A stretch of 64,000 bases of DNA from Candidatus Eiseniibacteriota bacterium (GCA_044223005.1 JBGAML010000011.1:9169-73168); one strand, 5' to 3'. Shown: positions 28,257-36,892, counted from the first letter of the stretch. Notes: generated by a model from the letters alone, not told the origin. Translations and numbers: made by a program.

Positions 28257-30572
28257 ATGACGCGTCTCGGGGCCCTGCTCGTCACGGGCCTGATCCTGGC
28301 CGCCGCGCTCGCGCCGCGGCCCGCCGCCGCGATCGACAATCGCGCGTGGACGAACTACGTCCGCGTGGTCACTTCGAACGACATCCTCGCCACCCGCGAC
28401 ACGGTCCTGGTCGCGAGCGGTGAAGCCGGGCTGCTGCGCTACCTGCCCGCGACGGGCAAGTTCGAATCCGTCACTCGTGCTCCGAACGAGTTGGCGAGCA
28501 ACGCGCTCTCGGTCCTCGCGTACGACCGCACCGGGCGGCTCTGGGTGGGCACGCGCGGCAAGGGCGTGAGTCGCTGGTCCGAGACCCGCACGCACTGGGA
28601 CCTGGTCAACGCGTTCGACGGGGTCCCTTCGGACACGATCACGGCGTTGCGTGCCGACGGCGACACGATGTGGATCGGCACCACGCGCGGCATCGCGCTG
28701 TGGGACGGCAAGCAGCTCGCGGGGGCCGTGCCGGACGTCGGCACCGTGTCGCCGTTCCGGAGCAACCTCGTCACCGGGATCGTCGTGTGGGGCGATTCGC
28801 TGTTCGTGGGCACCGCCGACGGCATCTTCGTCGCGCGGCTCTCGCAGAACCTCGCGACGTGGTCGGAGGCCGACGCGGGAATGGCCAACCTCTCGGTCGC
28901 CGACATGGCGAGAACTTCCGGGGAGATGTTCGCCAGCTCGGGCGGCACGGTGTATCGCTGGACGGGGTCGGGGCCCTGGGTTCACGTTCCGGTCCCCGGC
29001 GACAACACCTCCCTCGTCGCCAAGATGCGCGATGATTTCGGGATGGTCCTCGCGGCCTCGCCGAACGGCCTGTTCGCCTGGAACGGCAGCTTCTGGAATG
29101 GCGTTGCGGGCGGCTGGGGCACCGGCTCCGGGCCGGACCTCAACGAGTTCGCGACAGCCTCCGATGGTGCGCTCTACAACGTGCACAACGGCACGCTTTA
29201 CCTCCGGCCCGCCGGGCAGTCGTCGTTCACGAACACTCGACCCGCGGGTCCCGAGGGCAACGTGATCGTCGGCCTCGCGCACGAACGCCAGTCGATCTGG
29301 ATCGGCACCGACGGCCAGGGAGTGAGCCGCTTCGACGGCACGAACTGGCGGCTGTGGCCGAGGGCGCCGAAGGACACGGTTCCCGGACCGAACCAGGACA
29401 CGGCCTTCGCGAATCCGACGTTCACCTACCTGATGAAGACCACGCGCAACGGTGAACTCTGGGCGTGGAGCTGGGGCAAGACGGGCGAGCGCGTGAAGCT
29501 CGGCCTGGATCCCATTCGCTTCCAGCACCTCGGCTGGCACAACGAGGTGAGCGGCGTCATCGACACGCTCGACGCCCACACGACCATGTGGTGCGCCGAG
29601 CAGGACAGCGCGGGCTTCCTGCTGGTGGGTGGAAACTCCAACGTGGTCCCGGACATGTCCCCGATCGGGGTGGACGTCTACGACACGTCCGGCACGCGCG
29701 TCGTCACCTGGAAGACGAACAACGCCAATCTCGGCAGCAACTTCGTGCGCGCGATCGCGAACGACAGGTACAACACGATCTGGGCCGGTTTCGCGTCGGC
29801 GGGCGTCGCGATCGCCAAGCTGAGCGACTGCGACTCCGATGCGAACACGCCGGGCAACGATCACCGGCGCTGTCCCCAGTTCAGCCCGATCACGGCGATC
29901 ACGAGTTCGTCGCTGAACGACATCAGTGCCATCGCCACCTATGGTGACTCGGTCTGGATCCTGACGACCGGTGACCTGCAGCGCTGGAATGCGCGCGGCG
30001 TCTCGGCCGGGTCGCGGTCGGTCGCGAAGTACGAGATTCCCGCCGGTCCGCCCGACCGCCTCGGCGTCCACCTGCTGGACCTCGCCGCGGATGGGACGGT
30101 CTACGTCGGCTCCGCCGCCGGCCTGCGCGTGTTCTCCCCGATCCAGTCGGCCGTGGACTTCACTGCGGCCAACTCGCCACTCCTCAACGACGACATCCAC
30201 AACGTCCTCGTGGAAAAGGGAACCGGCGTCGTCTGGATCGGCACGTCGGGCGGCTTGAGCCGCTACGACCCGCACTACACGCCGCCGGCGGCGCCGACGA
30301 TCTCGGCGCTGAACGTGCGTGCGTGGCCCAATCCCGCGTCCATGAACGCGATGGGCATCGACGTGCGCATCGCGGGCAACGGGACGTCCTACTCGGGCGA
30401 GATCCTCGACATCAACGGCCGCGTGGTGCGCCGCTTCGCGGGCACCGCCGATCGCGGCACGGTGTGGGACGGCCGCGACACGGACGGCGATCTCGTGCGT
30501 GCGGGCGTCTACTTCATCCACACCCGCGCCGGCGGGCACGAAGCGACGGCGCGCATCGTCGTGCTCCGGTAG
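28257..30572 (+). CDS. Secreted beta-propeller protein with T9SS/FlgD-Ig-type C-terminal domain (PorZ-like)
   Basis: Signal peptide ending AAA; repeated two-component-regulator propeller blades (LWVGT, MWIGT, IWIGT, NSPLLNDDI..VWIGT.GGLSRY); C-terminal AWPNP...ILDINGRVVR...WDGRD..G..V..GVYF...IVVLR. Confidence 0.75.
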   Translation: MTRLGALLVTGLILAAALAPRPAAAIDNRAWTNYVRVVTSNDILATRDTVLVASGEAGLLRYLPATGKFESVTRAPNELASNALSVLAYDRTGRLWVGTRGKGVSRWSETRTHWDLVNAFDGVPSDTITALRADGDTMWIGTTRGIALWDGKQLAGAVPDVGTVSPFRSNLVTGIVVWGDSLFVGTADGIFVARLSQNLATWSEADAGMANLSVADMARTSGEMFASSGGTVYRWTGSGPWVHVPVPGDNTSLVAKMRDDFGMVLAASPNGLFAWNGSFWNGVAGGWGTGSGPDLNEFATASDGALYNVHNGTLYLRPAGQSSFTNTRPAGPEGNVIVGLAHERQSIWIGTDGQGVSRFDGTNWRLWPRAPKDTVPGPNQDTAFANPTFTYLMKTTRNGELWAWSWGKTGERVKLGLDPIRFQHLGWHNEVSGVIDTLDAHTTMWCAEQDSAGFLLVGGNSNVVPDMSPIGVDVYDTSGTRVVTWKTNNANLGSNFVRAIANDRYNTIWAGFASAGVAIAKLSDCDSDANTPGNDHRRCPQFSPITAITSSSLNDISAIATYGDSVWILTTGDLQRWNARGVSAGSRSVAKYEIPAGPPDRLGVHLLDLAADGTVYVGSAAGLRVFSPIQSAVDFTAANSPLLNDDIHNVLVEKGTGVVWIGTSGGLSRYDPHYTPPAAPTISALNVRAWPNPASMNAMGIDVRIAGNGTSYSGEILDINGRVVRRFAGTADRGTVWDGRDTDGDLVRAGVYFIHTRAGGHEATARIVVLR

Positions 30573-30583
30573 GTCCCGACGCC

Positions 30584-31603
30584 ATGGACGGCGCCGCCGC
30601 GCGCTGGCACGACCGCGCCCCCGCGGAGTGGGCGGCGCTGCTCGCCGGCGATCCGTCCGCATCACCGTCGCACCGCCCCGAGGTGGGGCTCGCCTTCGCG
30701 GCGGCGATGCCGGGATACGCCTGGCGGCTCGTCACGTTCGAGGAACGCGGCGAGCTCGTGGGCGGCGCCCCGGTCGTGATCGCGCACCGCGCGGCGCACG
30801 CCTGGGTGCACGCGCTGCCGATGATGCTGCCCGCGCCGCCGCTCGCGCGGCCGGGCCGACACGCCGAGGTGGACGTCGCGATCGCGCACGCCGTCGACGC
30901 GTTCTGCCGCGAGCGCCGAGCGGTGGGCGGCCAGTGGTCGTGGTACCGGCCCGCGGGTCCGGAACCCGCTCCGGGCGCGCTCGAATCGCTCCCGGGAACG
31001 ACGCGCGCGGTCGACGCGGGTATCGTCGAACTGGCGGGCGGCGTCGAAGGCGCGCTCTCGCGCATCGGCCGCAAGGAGCGTGCGGCGCTGCGGCGCCCCC
31101 GCGGCGCCGCGCTCGCGTTCTCCGACGACGCGGCCCGGCTCGAGGCGGCGTACGCGCTGCACGTGGCGCAGTCGCGCCGCTGGGGCGGCCACCGGCCGCT
31201 GCCGCTCGAGCTGTCGCGCCGGCTGCTCGCCTCGGGCGACGTCGCGCGCGTCTTCTCGCTCTCGGATTCGCGTGGCGTCGTGAGCGGCGCGCTCGCGCTG
31301 GACGGGCCGCACGAGACGTTCGTGTGGTGGAGCGGGACGCACCCGGACGGCCGCTCGCTCGGCGCGTTCGGCCTGCTGCTCTGGCGGATCGTCGAATGGG
31401 CCGCCGCGCGCGGCCGCGCGCGCGTGAACCTGGGCGCCAGCGTCGGCCTGCCCGGCGTCGCCGCGTTCAAGCGCTCGCTCGGCGTGCGCGACGTGCGCTA
31501 TCCCGTGCGTGAGTTCGACGCGCGCCACGCCGGCGTCACCGGCCGGCTGCTCGCCGCGCTGCAGGCGCGACGGCGCGCGCGCGTGGCGGGGGAGGACGCG
31601 TGA
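30584..31603 (+). CDS. GNAT / FemAB-like acyl- or aminoacyltransferase
   Basis: SPSHRPE N-terminus, LLLWRIVEWAAARG..RVNLGAS...GVAAFKRSLG C-terminal motif typical of FemABX/BioF2-like GNATs. Confidence 0.78.
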   Translation: MDGAAARWHDRAPAEWAALLAGDPSASPSHRPEVGLAFAAAMPGYAWRLVTFEERGELVGGAPVVIAHRAAHAWVHALPMMLPAPPLARPGRHAEVDVAIAHAVDAFCRERRAVGGQWSWYRPAGPEPAPGALESLPGTTRAVDAGIVELAGGVEGALSRIGRKERAALRRPRGAALAFSDDAARLEAAYALHVAQSRRWGGHRPLPLELSRRLLASGDVARVFSLSDSRGVVSGALALDGPHETFVWWSGTHPDGRSLGAFGLLLWRIVEWAAARGRARVNLGASVGLPGVAAFKRSLGVRDVRYPVREFDARHAGVTGRLLAALQARRRARVAGEDA

Positions 31604-32679
31604 GGATCGCGACCCTCTCCAACGCCTCGGTGGTGCACACGCGCCGCTGGGTCGAGCACCTGCGCGAACGGGGTCACGAGGTGCGCCTCTGGTCGCTGGA
31701 GCCGGGTCCGGCCGAACTGGGGGCCGAGTTGTTGCCGGCGGCGCCGCTGCCCGGGTTCCTGCGCTACCCGCTCGCCGTTCCCGCGGCGACGCGGGCGCTG
31801 CGCGCGTTCGCGCCCGACCTGGTCGACGCGCACTTCGTCCCCAACTACGGGCTCATCGGCGCGCTCGCCGGCCGGCACCCGCTCTCGGTCGCCGCGTGGG
31901 GCAGCGACCTGCTCGTTTCCGGGGGCCGCGATCCGCTGCAGCGCGCGCGCACGCGCTTCGTGCTCGAGCGCGCGGAGCTGGTGCTCGCCGACGCCGACAA
32001 CCTCGGCCGCGCCGCGCTCGCGCTCGGCGCCCCGCGCGAGCGCGTGCGCGTGATCCCGTGGGGCATCGACCGCACGCGCTTCGCGCCTGCGGCCCGCCGT
32101 ACGCCGGGCCTGCTGCTCAGCACGCGCATGCACGAGGAGGTCTACGACCTCCCGACGCTGCTGCGCGGCGTGGCGCCCGTGCTGGCGCGCCGCCCCGAGG
32201 CGTCGCTCGTGATCGCCGGCGACGGCTCGCTGCGCGGCGCACTCGAGCGCGAAGCGGCGGCGCTGCTGCCCGCGGGCCGGTTCCGCTTCGTGGGCCGGCT
32301 CTCGCCGGCGGAACTCGCGGACTGGCTCGGCAGGGCGGAAGTCTACCTCTCGGCCTCGCACTCGGATTCCACTTCGCTCTCGCTGCTCGAGGCCATGGCG
32401 GCGGGGGCGCTGCCGGTCGTGAGCGACATCGAGGGCAATCGCGAATGGGTCGCCGACGGCGACGGCGCACGGTTCTTCGCGTGTGGCGACGCCGTGGGCG
32501 TCGAGCGCGCGGTCGACGCCGCGCTCGGCGACGCCGCGTGGGCGCGGGCCGCCCGCGCGCGCAACGCGGAGGTCGTGGCGCAGCGCGGCGACTGGGCGCG
32601 CAACTTCGCGCGCATCGAGTCGGCGTTCGCCGCGCTCGCCGCGGGCCGGCCGCTGCCGGCGGACCCGGGCGCGCCGTGA
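31600..32679 (+). CDS. Glycosyltransferase family 4
   Basis: HTRRW, AWGSDLL, IPWGID, SDSTSLSLLEAMAAG, SDIEGNREWV. Confidence 0.9.
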   Translation: MRIATLSNASVVHTRRWVEHLRERGHEVRLWSLEPGPAELGAELLPAAPLPGFLRYPLAVPAATRALRAFAPDLVDAHFVPNYGLIGALAGRHPLSVAAWGSDLLVSGGRDPLQRARTRFVLERAELVLADADNLGRAALALGAPRERVRVIPWGIDRTRFAPAARRTPGLLLSTRMHEEVYDLPTLLRGVAPVLARRPEASLVIAGDGSLRGALEREAAALLPAGRFRFVGRLSPAELADWLGRAEVYLSASHSDSTSLSLLEAMAAGALPVVSDIEGNREWVADGDGARFFACGDAVGVERAVDAALGDAAWARAARARNAEVVAQRGDWARNFARIESAFAALAAGRPLPADPGAP

Positions 32680-33956
32680 GCCGCCGGCTGCTGCTGCTCG
32701 CGCACTTCTATCCGCCGCTCGCGGGCGGCGGCGTGCACCGCGTGCTGGCGTTCACGCGCCACCTGCCGCGCCACGGCTGGGAGTGCACGGTGGTGTGCGC
32801 GGGCGCCGAGGACTACTGGGTGCGCGACGAGAGCCTGCTCGCGCGCGTGCCCGCCGGCACCGAAGTGATCCGCGTGCCGGGCGGCAGCGCGCTCTCGACG
32901 CTGCTGCGCGGCAAGGGCGGCTCGGGCCGCCGCAGCGCGACCGTGTTCGGCGGCCTGCGTTCGCTCGCGGACTGGTGGCTGCTGCCGGATTCGTACGCGG
33001 GCTGGTCGCGCCGCGCGCGCGGCGCGGTCGCGGCCCGGCTCGCGGCCGGCGGGATCGACGCGGTGCTGTCCACGTCGCCGCCCGACAGCGCGCACCTCGC
33101 GATGGCCGACGTCCTGGGCGCGCGCTCGCTGCCGTGGGTCGTCGACTTCCGCGATCCCTGGATCGGACTCTCGTTCCGCACGCCGCCGACGGCGTGGCAC
33201 CGCGCGCGCCACGAGGCGATGGAGCGCCGCGTGCTCGAGCGCGCGGACCTCGTGCTCGCCGCCTCGCGCACGCATCTCGACCAGCTGCTCGCCCGGACGG
33301 CGGGCCGGCCCCGGCGCGCCGAGTACCTCCCGAACGGCTTCGAGCCCGTGGGCGACGAGACGGCGCCGGAGCCCGACCCGGATCATTTCCGGCTCGCGTA
33401 CACGGGCACGCTGTCGCTCATGGAGGACGCGGGGCTCGTGCTCGAGGCGGTGCACGAGGTGCTCACGCGCCACCCGGAGGCCCGGCGGACGCTGCGGGTC
33501 GACCTCGCGGGGCCCTACGACACCGACTACGAGGACCGCGCGACGGCGCTCGGGCTGACGGGCATCGTCCGCTTCCCGGGCACGCTGGCGCACGCCGAGT
33601 CGCGCGCGCTGCAGCGGCGCGCCGAGGCGCTGCTGCTGTGGAAGCCGCGGGGCGAGGGCTACCGGACGATGGTGCCGGGCAAGCTCTACGAGTACCTCGA
33701 CAGTGGCCGCCCGATCGTCGCCGTGCTCCCGCAGGACGACGAAGCCGCGGCGCTCGTGCGGCGCGGCGGGGGAGAGGTGCACGCCCCGGGCGACCGTGCC
33801 GGACTGGCGCGCGCGCTCGAAACGCGGTACATGGCTTGGAAACGAGACGGGCGCGCGAGTGGCGCGCGCCCCGCCTGGCTGGCCGAGCACGAGCGCGCGC
33901 ATCTCGCGGGCCGGCTGGCGGCCGGGCTCGACGAGTTGTGCGGAGGGAACGCCTGA
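32676..33956 (+). CDS. Glycosyltransferase family 4
   Basis: FYPPLAGGGVHR, STSPPDSAHL, WVVDFRDPW, PNGFE, PGKLYEYL. Confidence 0.9.
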   Translation: MSRRLLLLAHFYPPLAGGGVHRVLAFTRHLPRHGWECTVVCAGAEDYWVRDESLLARVPAGTEVIRVPGGSALSTLLRGKGGSGRRSATVFGGLRSLADWWLLPDSYAGWSRRARGAVAARLAAGGIDAVLSTSPPDSAHLAMADVLGARSLPWVVDFRDPWIGLSFRTPPTAWHRARHEAMERRVLERADLVLAASRTHLDQLLARTAGRPRRAEYLPNGFEPVGDETAPEPDPDHFRLAYTGTLSLMEDAGLVLEAVHEVLTRHPEARRTLRVDLAGPYDTDYEDRATALGLTGIVRFPGTLAHAESRALQRRAEALLLWKPRGEGYRTMVPGKLYEYLDSGRPIVAVLPQDDEAAALVRRGGGEVHAPGDRAGLARALETRYMAWKRDGRASGARPAWLAEHERAHLAGRLAAGLDELCGGNA

Positions 33957-35503
33957 TGCCGGTCCAGCGGGGCCCGGTGACGCGCATCGAGATCGCGGGG
34001 CTGGTGGTGGCGCTCGCCCTCGCGCTCGCGCTGATGTGGCCGGTGCGCGGCTACCTCACCGATGACACGTTCATCCACCTGCAGTACGCGCAGAACCTCG
34101 CGCACGGCCACGGCTTCGTATTCAACCGCGGCGAGCACGTCTACGGCAGCACGAGCCCGCTCTGGGTCGCGCTGCTCGCGGACGCGATGATGCTCGGGAT
34201 CGACGGCGTCGCCGCCGCGCGCGCGATCGGGTTCGCGTCGACGATCGCGGCGATCGTGCTCTTCTGGATGCTCATGCGCCGCTCGCTGCGGATCCCCGAA
34301 CTGCGCGCGCTCGCCACGATCACGTGGGCGGGGCACGCGTGGATGATCCGCTGGTCGCTCTCGGGCATGGAGACGCCGCTGGTGGTGGCGCTCGTGCTCG
34401 CGGGCTTCGTCGCGTTCACCGACGGCGTGCAGTGGGGCTCGCGCCCGGTTCGCACGGGCGCATTCTGGGCGCTCGCGGCGCTCACGCGGCCCGAGGCCGT
34501 GTTCCTGCTCGTGCTCTGGGGCGTCTTCCTGGTGATCGACACGGATTCGCGCGAGGGCGTGCGCCGGCTGCTCGCGGGCGCGCTGCCGCCGACGCTCATC
34601 TATGGCGGCTGGCTGGTGTTCGCGCGGCTCTACTTCGGCACGTTCTGGCCGAACACGCTCGCGGCCAAGACGGCCGGCAGCGGCGGCATTCCCGGGCTCG
34701 TCGATTCGTTCCAGCGCCAGGTGCAGGTGGTGGGCGCGACCGACGCGGTGCTCGCCGGCGCGCTCGTCGCGGCGCTCTTCTTCGGCGGCCCGCGGCTCTG
34801 GCCGCGGCGCCGGCAGGCGCAGCGGCTGCTGCCATGGGTGTGGGTCGGCGCGATGCCGGTGCTCTACGGCATGCGCGGCGTGCCGGTCATCTCGCGCTAC
34901 CTCGTGCCGATGCTGCCGGTGCTCGCGTGGCTCGCGTGGCGCGCCGTGGAGCGCTGGTGGGCGGGCGAGGAGCCCGAGCCCGCGGCGCGGCCCGGGGCGG
35001 TGCTGCTGGGGTTGGGACTGTGCGGGCTCGCGCTCGTGCAGAACCTGGTCTGGTACAACGCGGCGGTCGTCCCGCAGGTGCGCAGCTTCACGACGGGCCT
35101 GCGCCAGAGCCTGATCCCGTGGGGCCAGTGGTTCGCGACGCACACCGATCCGGGCGCGACGATCGCCGCGCCGGACATCGGCGCGATCGGCTACTACAGC
35201 CATCGCCGCGTGCTCGACCTCGCGGGCCTCGTGTCGCCGGCGATGATCCCGCTGCTCGAGCGCGCGACGCAGGAGGAGGTCGTCACGGGGTTCGGGTTCG
35301 CGAAGGTGGCGCGCCCGGCGTACCTGATCGATCGCGCGCCGCGCGCGTACGACCTGCTCGGGCGCAGCCGCTGGGCGGCCGCGCTCGAGCCCGTGGGGCA
35401 CGCGGCCGTGCCCAATCTCGGCATCGCGCACCCGGGCAGCGCGGTCTATTCGATCTACCGCGTCAACTGGGCCGCGTACGACTCGATCCGCGCGACGCGC
35501 TGA
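33956..35503 (+). CDS. GT-C membrane glycosyltransferase (AftB-like)
   Basis: TDDTFIHLQYAQNLAHGHGFVFN.GEHVYGSTSPLW, SGMETPL, TRPEA, PNTLAAK, DIGAIGYYS..VLDLAGL. Confidence 0.78.
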   Translation: MPVQRGPVTRIEIAGLVVALALALALMWPVRGYLTDDTFIHLQYAQNLAHGHGFVFNRGEHVYGSTSPLWVALLADAMMLGIDGVAAARAIGFASTIAAIVLFWMLMRRSLRIPELRALATITWAGHAWMIRWSLSGMETPLVVALVLAGFVAFTDGVQWGSRPVRTGAFWALAALTRPEAVFLLVLWGVFLVIDTDSREGVRRLLAGALPPTLIYGGWLVFARLYFGTFWPNTLAAKTAGSGGIPGLVDSFQRQVQVVGATDAVLAGALVAALFFGGPRLWPRRRQAQRLLPWVWVGAMPVLYGMRGVPVISRYLVPMLPVLAWLAWRAVERWWAGEEPEPAARPGAVLLGLGLCGLALVQNLVWYNAAVVPQVRSFTTGLRQSLIPWGQWFATHTDPGATIAAPDIGAIGYYSHRRVLDLAGLVSPAMIPLLERATQEEVVTGFGFAKVARPAYLIDRAPRAYDLLGRSRWAAALEPVGHAAVPNLGIAHPGSAVYSIYRVNWAAYDSIRATR

Positions 35504-35550
35504 CGGTCGCGACGCGTTGAACAGCTGAGCATTTCGTCGCACCGCCCCCC

Positions 35551-35700
35551 GGTCCGAGGTGCCCGGGGATCCGCTGGAGGGACCGCTCCTCGCACGGCAT
35601 CCTGCCGTGCTCGTCACTAGGCGTCCGCGCGCACCCGCCATCCCTGGCTCCTGTGCGCGCTCCCGACTTCCCTCCATCGGACCCCCGGGCACCTCGGACC
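35551..35700. mobile_element. 150-bp MITE-like / structured repeat element with 32-bp terminal inverted repeats
   Basis: 35551-35582 matches the reverse complement of 35669-35700 at 30/32 positions; internal hairpins at 35592-35610 and 35627-35660; no coding capacity. Confidence 0.55.
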
Positions 35701-35811
35701 TGCCGCCACCACCGCCCACTGCGGATCGACTTGCTGACGCGCTCACCGCGTGAGCGAATCGTCGCACACTCCCCGGGCACCTCGGACCTGCCGCCACCAC
35801 CACTCACTGCG
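35683..35811 (+). repeat. 41-bp direct repeat, 2 copies, period 88
   Basis: CCCCGGGCACCTCGGACCTGCCGCCACCACC(G/A)C(C/T)CACTGCG at 35683-35723 and 35771-35811 (39/41 identical). Confidence 0.9.
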
Positions 35812-35890
35812 AATGGGGTGTGCGATGCGGTTGTCTATGCTGCACACACGTGCAGCGCCCGCTTTTTTCGCGGGTGCGCGCGATTTTTCT

Positions 35891-35919
35891 TTGACTCGTT
35901 CCCGGGCCGAACCTATTCT
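35891..35919 (+). promoter_or_regulatory. Sigma70 promoter of the mraZ/dcw operon
   Basis: TTGACT (35891-96), 17 nt, TATTCT (35914-19); upstream T-tracts. Confidence 0.82.
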
Positions 35920-35925
35920 GCGGCG

Positions 35926-35970
35926 GTGGTGATTTTTGGGGAGGCGGGGGGAAATCGGAGGATCGGTGGA
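35926..35970 (+). promoter_or_regulatory. Degenerate MraZ-binding repeats (autoregulatory operator)
   Basis: (T/G)GG units at 10-nt spacing (35927, 35937, 35947, ~35956, 35967) between promoter and mraZ, as in known TGGG(N)-periodic MraZ boxes. Confidence 0.5.
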
Positions 35971-35990
35971 TCCCCGCGGGAGCGAGCGTC

Positions 35991-36440
35991 ATGGCGACTT
36001 TCTACGGCACGGCCAACTACTCGATCGACGACAAGGGACGCATCGTGGTCCCGGCGGCGATGCGCGTGGTCCCGGGCCGCAAGACCCCACTGACGACGTT
36101 CATCCTCCTGATGGGCCTCGGCGGCTGCCTGTGGTTGTACGCCGAAGAGGACTGGAAGGTCTTCGAGGAGCGCCTGGCCAGGATGGCCATGGGCAAGAAG
36201 GCACAGAGGGATTTCGCCCGGGCGTTCCTCGTGGATGCGAGCAAGGTGACGGTGGACAAGCAGGGACGCATCTCGGTTCCACCGTCGCTCATCGGCCGTG
36301 CAGGCCTCGGCAAGGATGCCGTCCTGCACGGCCAAGTCGGCCGGATCGAGATCTGGGCTCCCGACCGGTTCCGTGAATCGATCGAACCCGTCCTCGAGAA
36401 CATGGACGCGCACTACGACGAAGCGCTCGGAGACCTGTGA
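35991..36440 (+). CDS. mraZ: Division/cell wall cluster transcriptional repressor MraZ
   Basis: Two DxKGR/DKQGRI AbrB-like repeats, IEIW; first gene of dcw. Confidence 0.93.
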   Translation: MATFYGTANYSIDDKGRIVVPAAMRVVPGRKTPLTTFILLMGLGGCLWLYAEEDWKVFEERLARMAMGKKAQRDFARAFLVDASKVTVDKQGRISVPPSLIGRAGLGKDAVLHGQVGRIEIWAPDRFRESIEPVLENMDAHYDEALGDL

Positions 36441-36892
36441 TGATGGTGGCGGCGCAGGCGGCACTGGACGTGCGGCAGGCTCTCGCGGTGAACCTCCAGT
36501 TCACCCGCGGGCGCCACGGCGCCGCGGCGCGGATCGAGCTCCTCGATCGCCCCGCGGGCCGGCTCGCCACGGTCGCGCTGCGCGGGTGGGTGGACCTGCC
36601 CGCGGGACGCCGCATCGAGCAGACGCTCGACGATCTCGCCGCACGCGGCGCGACGCAGCTGCTCGTGGACTGCTCGCAGCTGCGCCACATCGACTACCGC
36701 ATGGTGCCGCGCCTCGTCGAGGCACTGGCGCGCTTCGAGACGCGGGTGGGACCGGTCGCGGTGTGCGGGTTGTCCCGCTACCTGCACGACCTCTTCCGTC
36801 TCTCGGGCTGCGACGGGCACCTGCACCAATGGCCGTCGGCGGCGGACGTTCTCGCCTCCGCCGCGGGGTCCGCGCGTGGACGTGCGTCATGA
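36437..36892 (+). CDS. STAS-domain (anti-sigma-factor antagonist-like) protein
   Basis: VALRGWVDL...QLLVDCSQLRHID...VAVCGLSRYLHDLFRLSG follows the STAS pattern; GTGA overlap with mraZ. Confidence 0.72.
   Translation: MMMVAAQAALDVRQALAVNLQFTRGRHGAAARIELLDRPAGRLATVALRGWVDLPAGRRIEQTLDDLAARGATQLLVDCSQLRHIDYRMVPRLVEALARFETRVGPVAVCGLSRYLHDLFRLSGCDGHLHQWPSAADVLASAAGSARGRAS

Noticed and set aside
28257..30572. Slightly lower GC in the propeller gene suggesting horizontal transfer
   Set aside because: Explained by Asn/Thr/Ser/Asp-rich beta-protein composition; GC3 stays high and the gene is tightly coupled to its neighbours
35683..35811. CRISPR array
   Set aside because: Only two repeat copies, entangled with an inverted repeat, and no cas genes in the window
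35504..35990. RNase P RNA (rnpB), often found upstream of mraZ; the minus strand has GAGGGAAGTCGGG
   Set aside because: The other universal blocks (AGTGCCACAGAAA, GGTAAACCCC, ACAGAA..CGGCTTA) are absent on both strands
35463..36093. Small ORFs in the glycan-dcw intergenic region
   Set aside because: No RBS or codon bias; their repeated peptides simply reflect the DNA repeats
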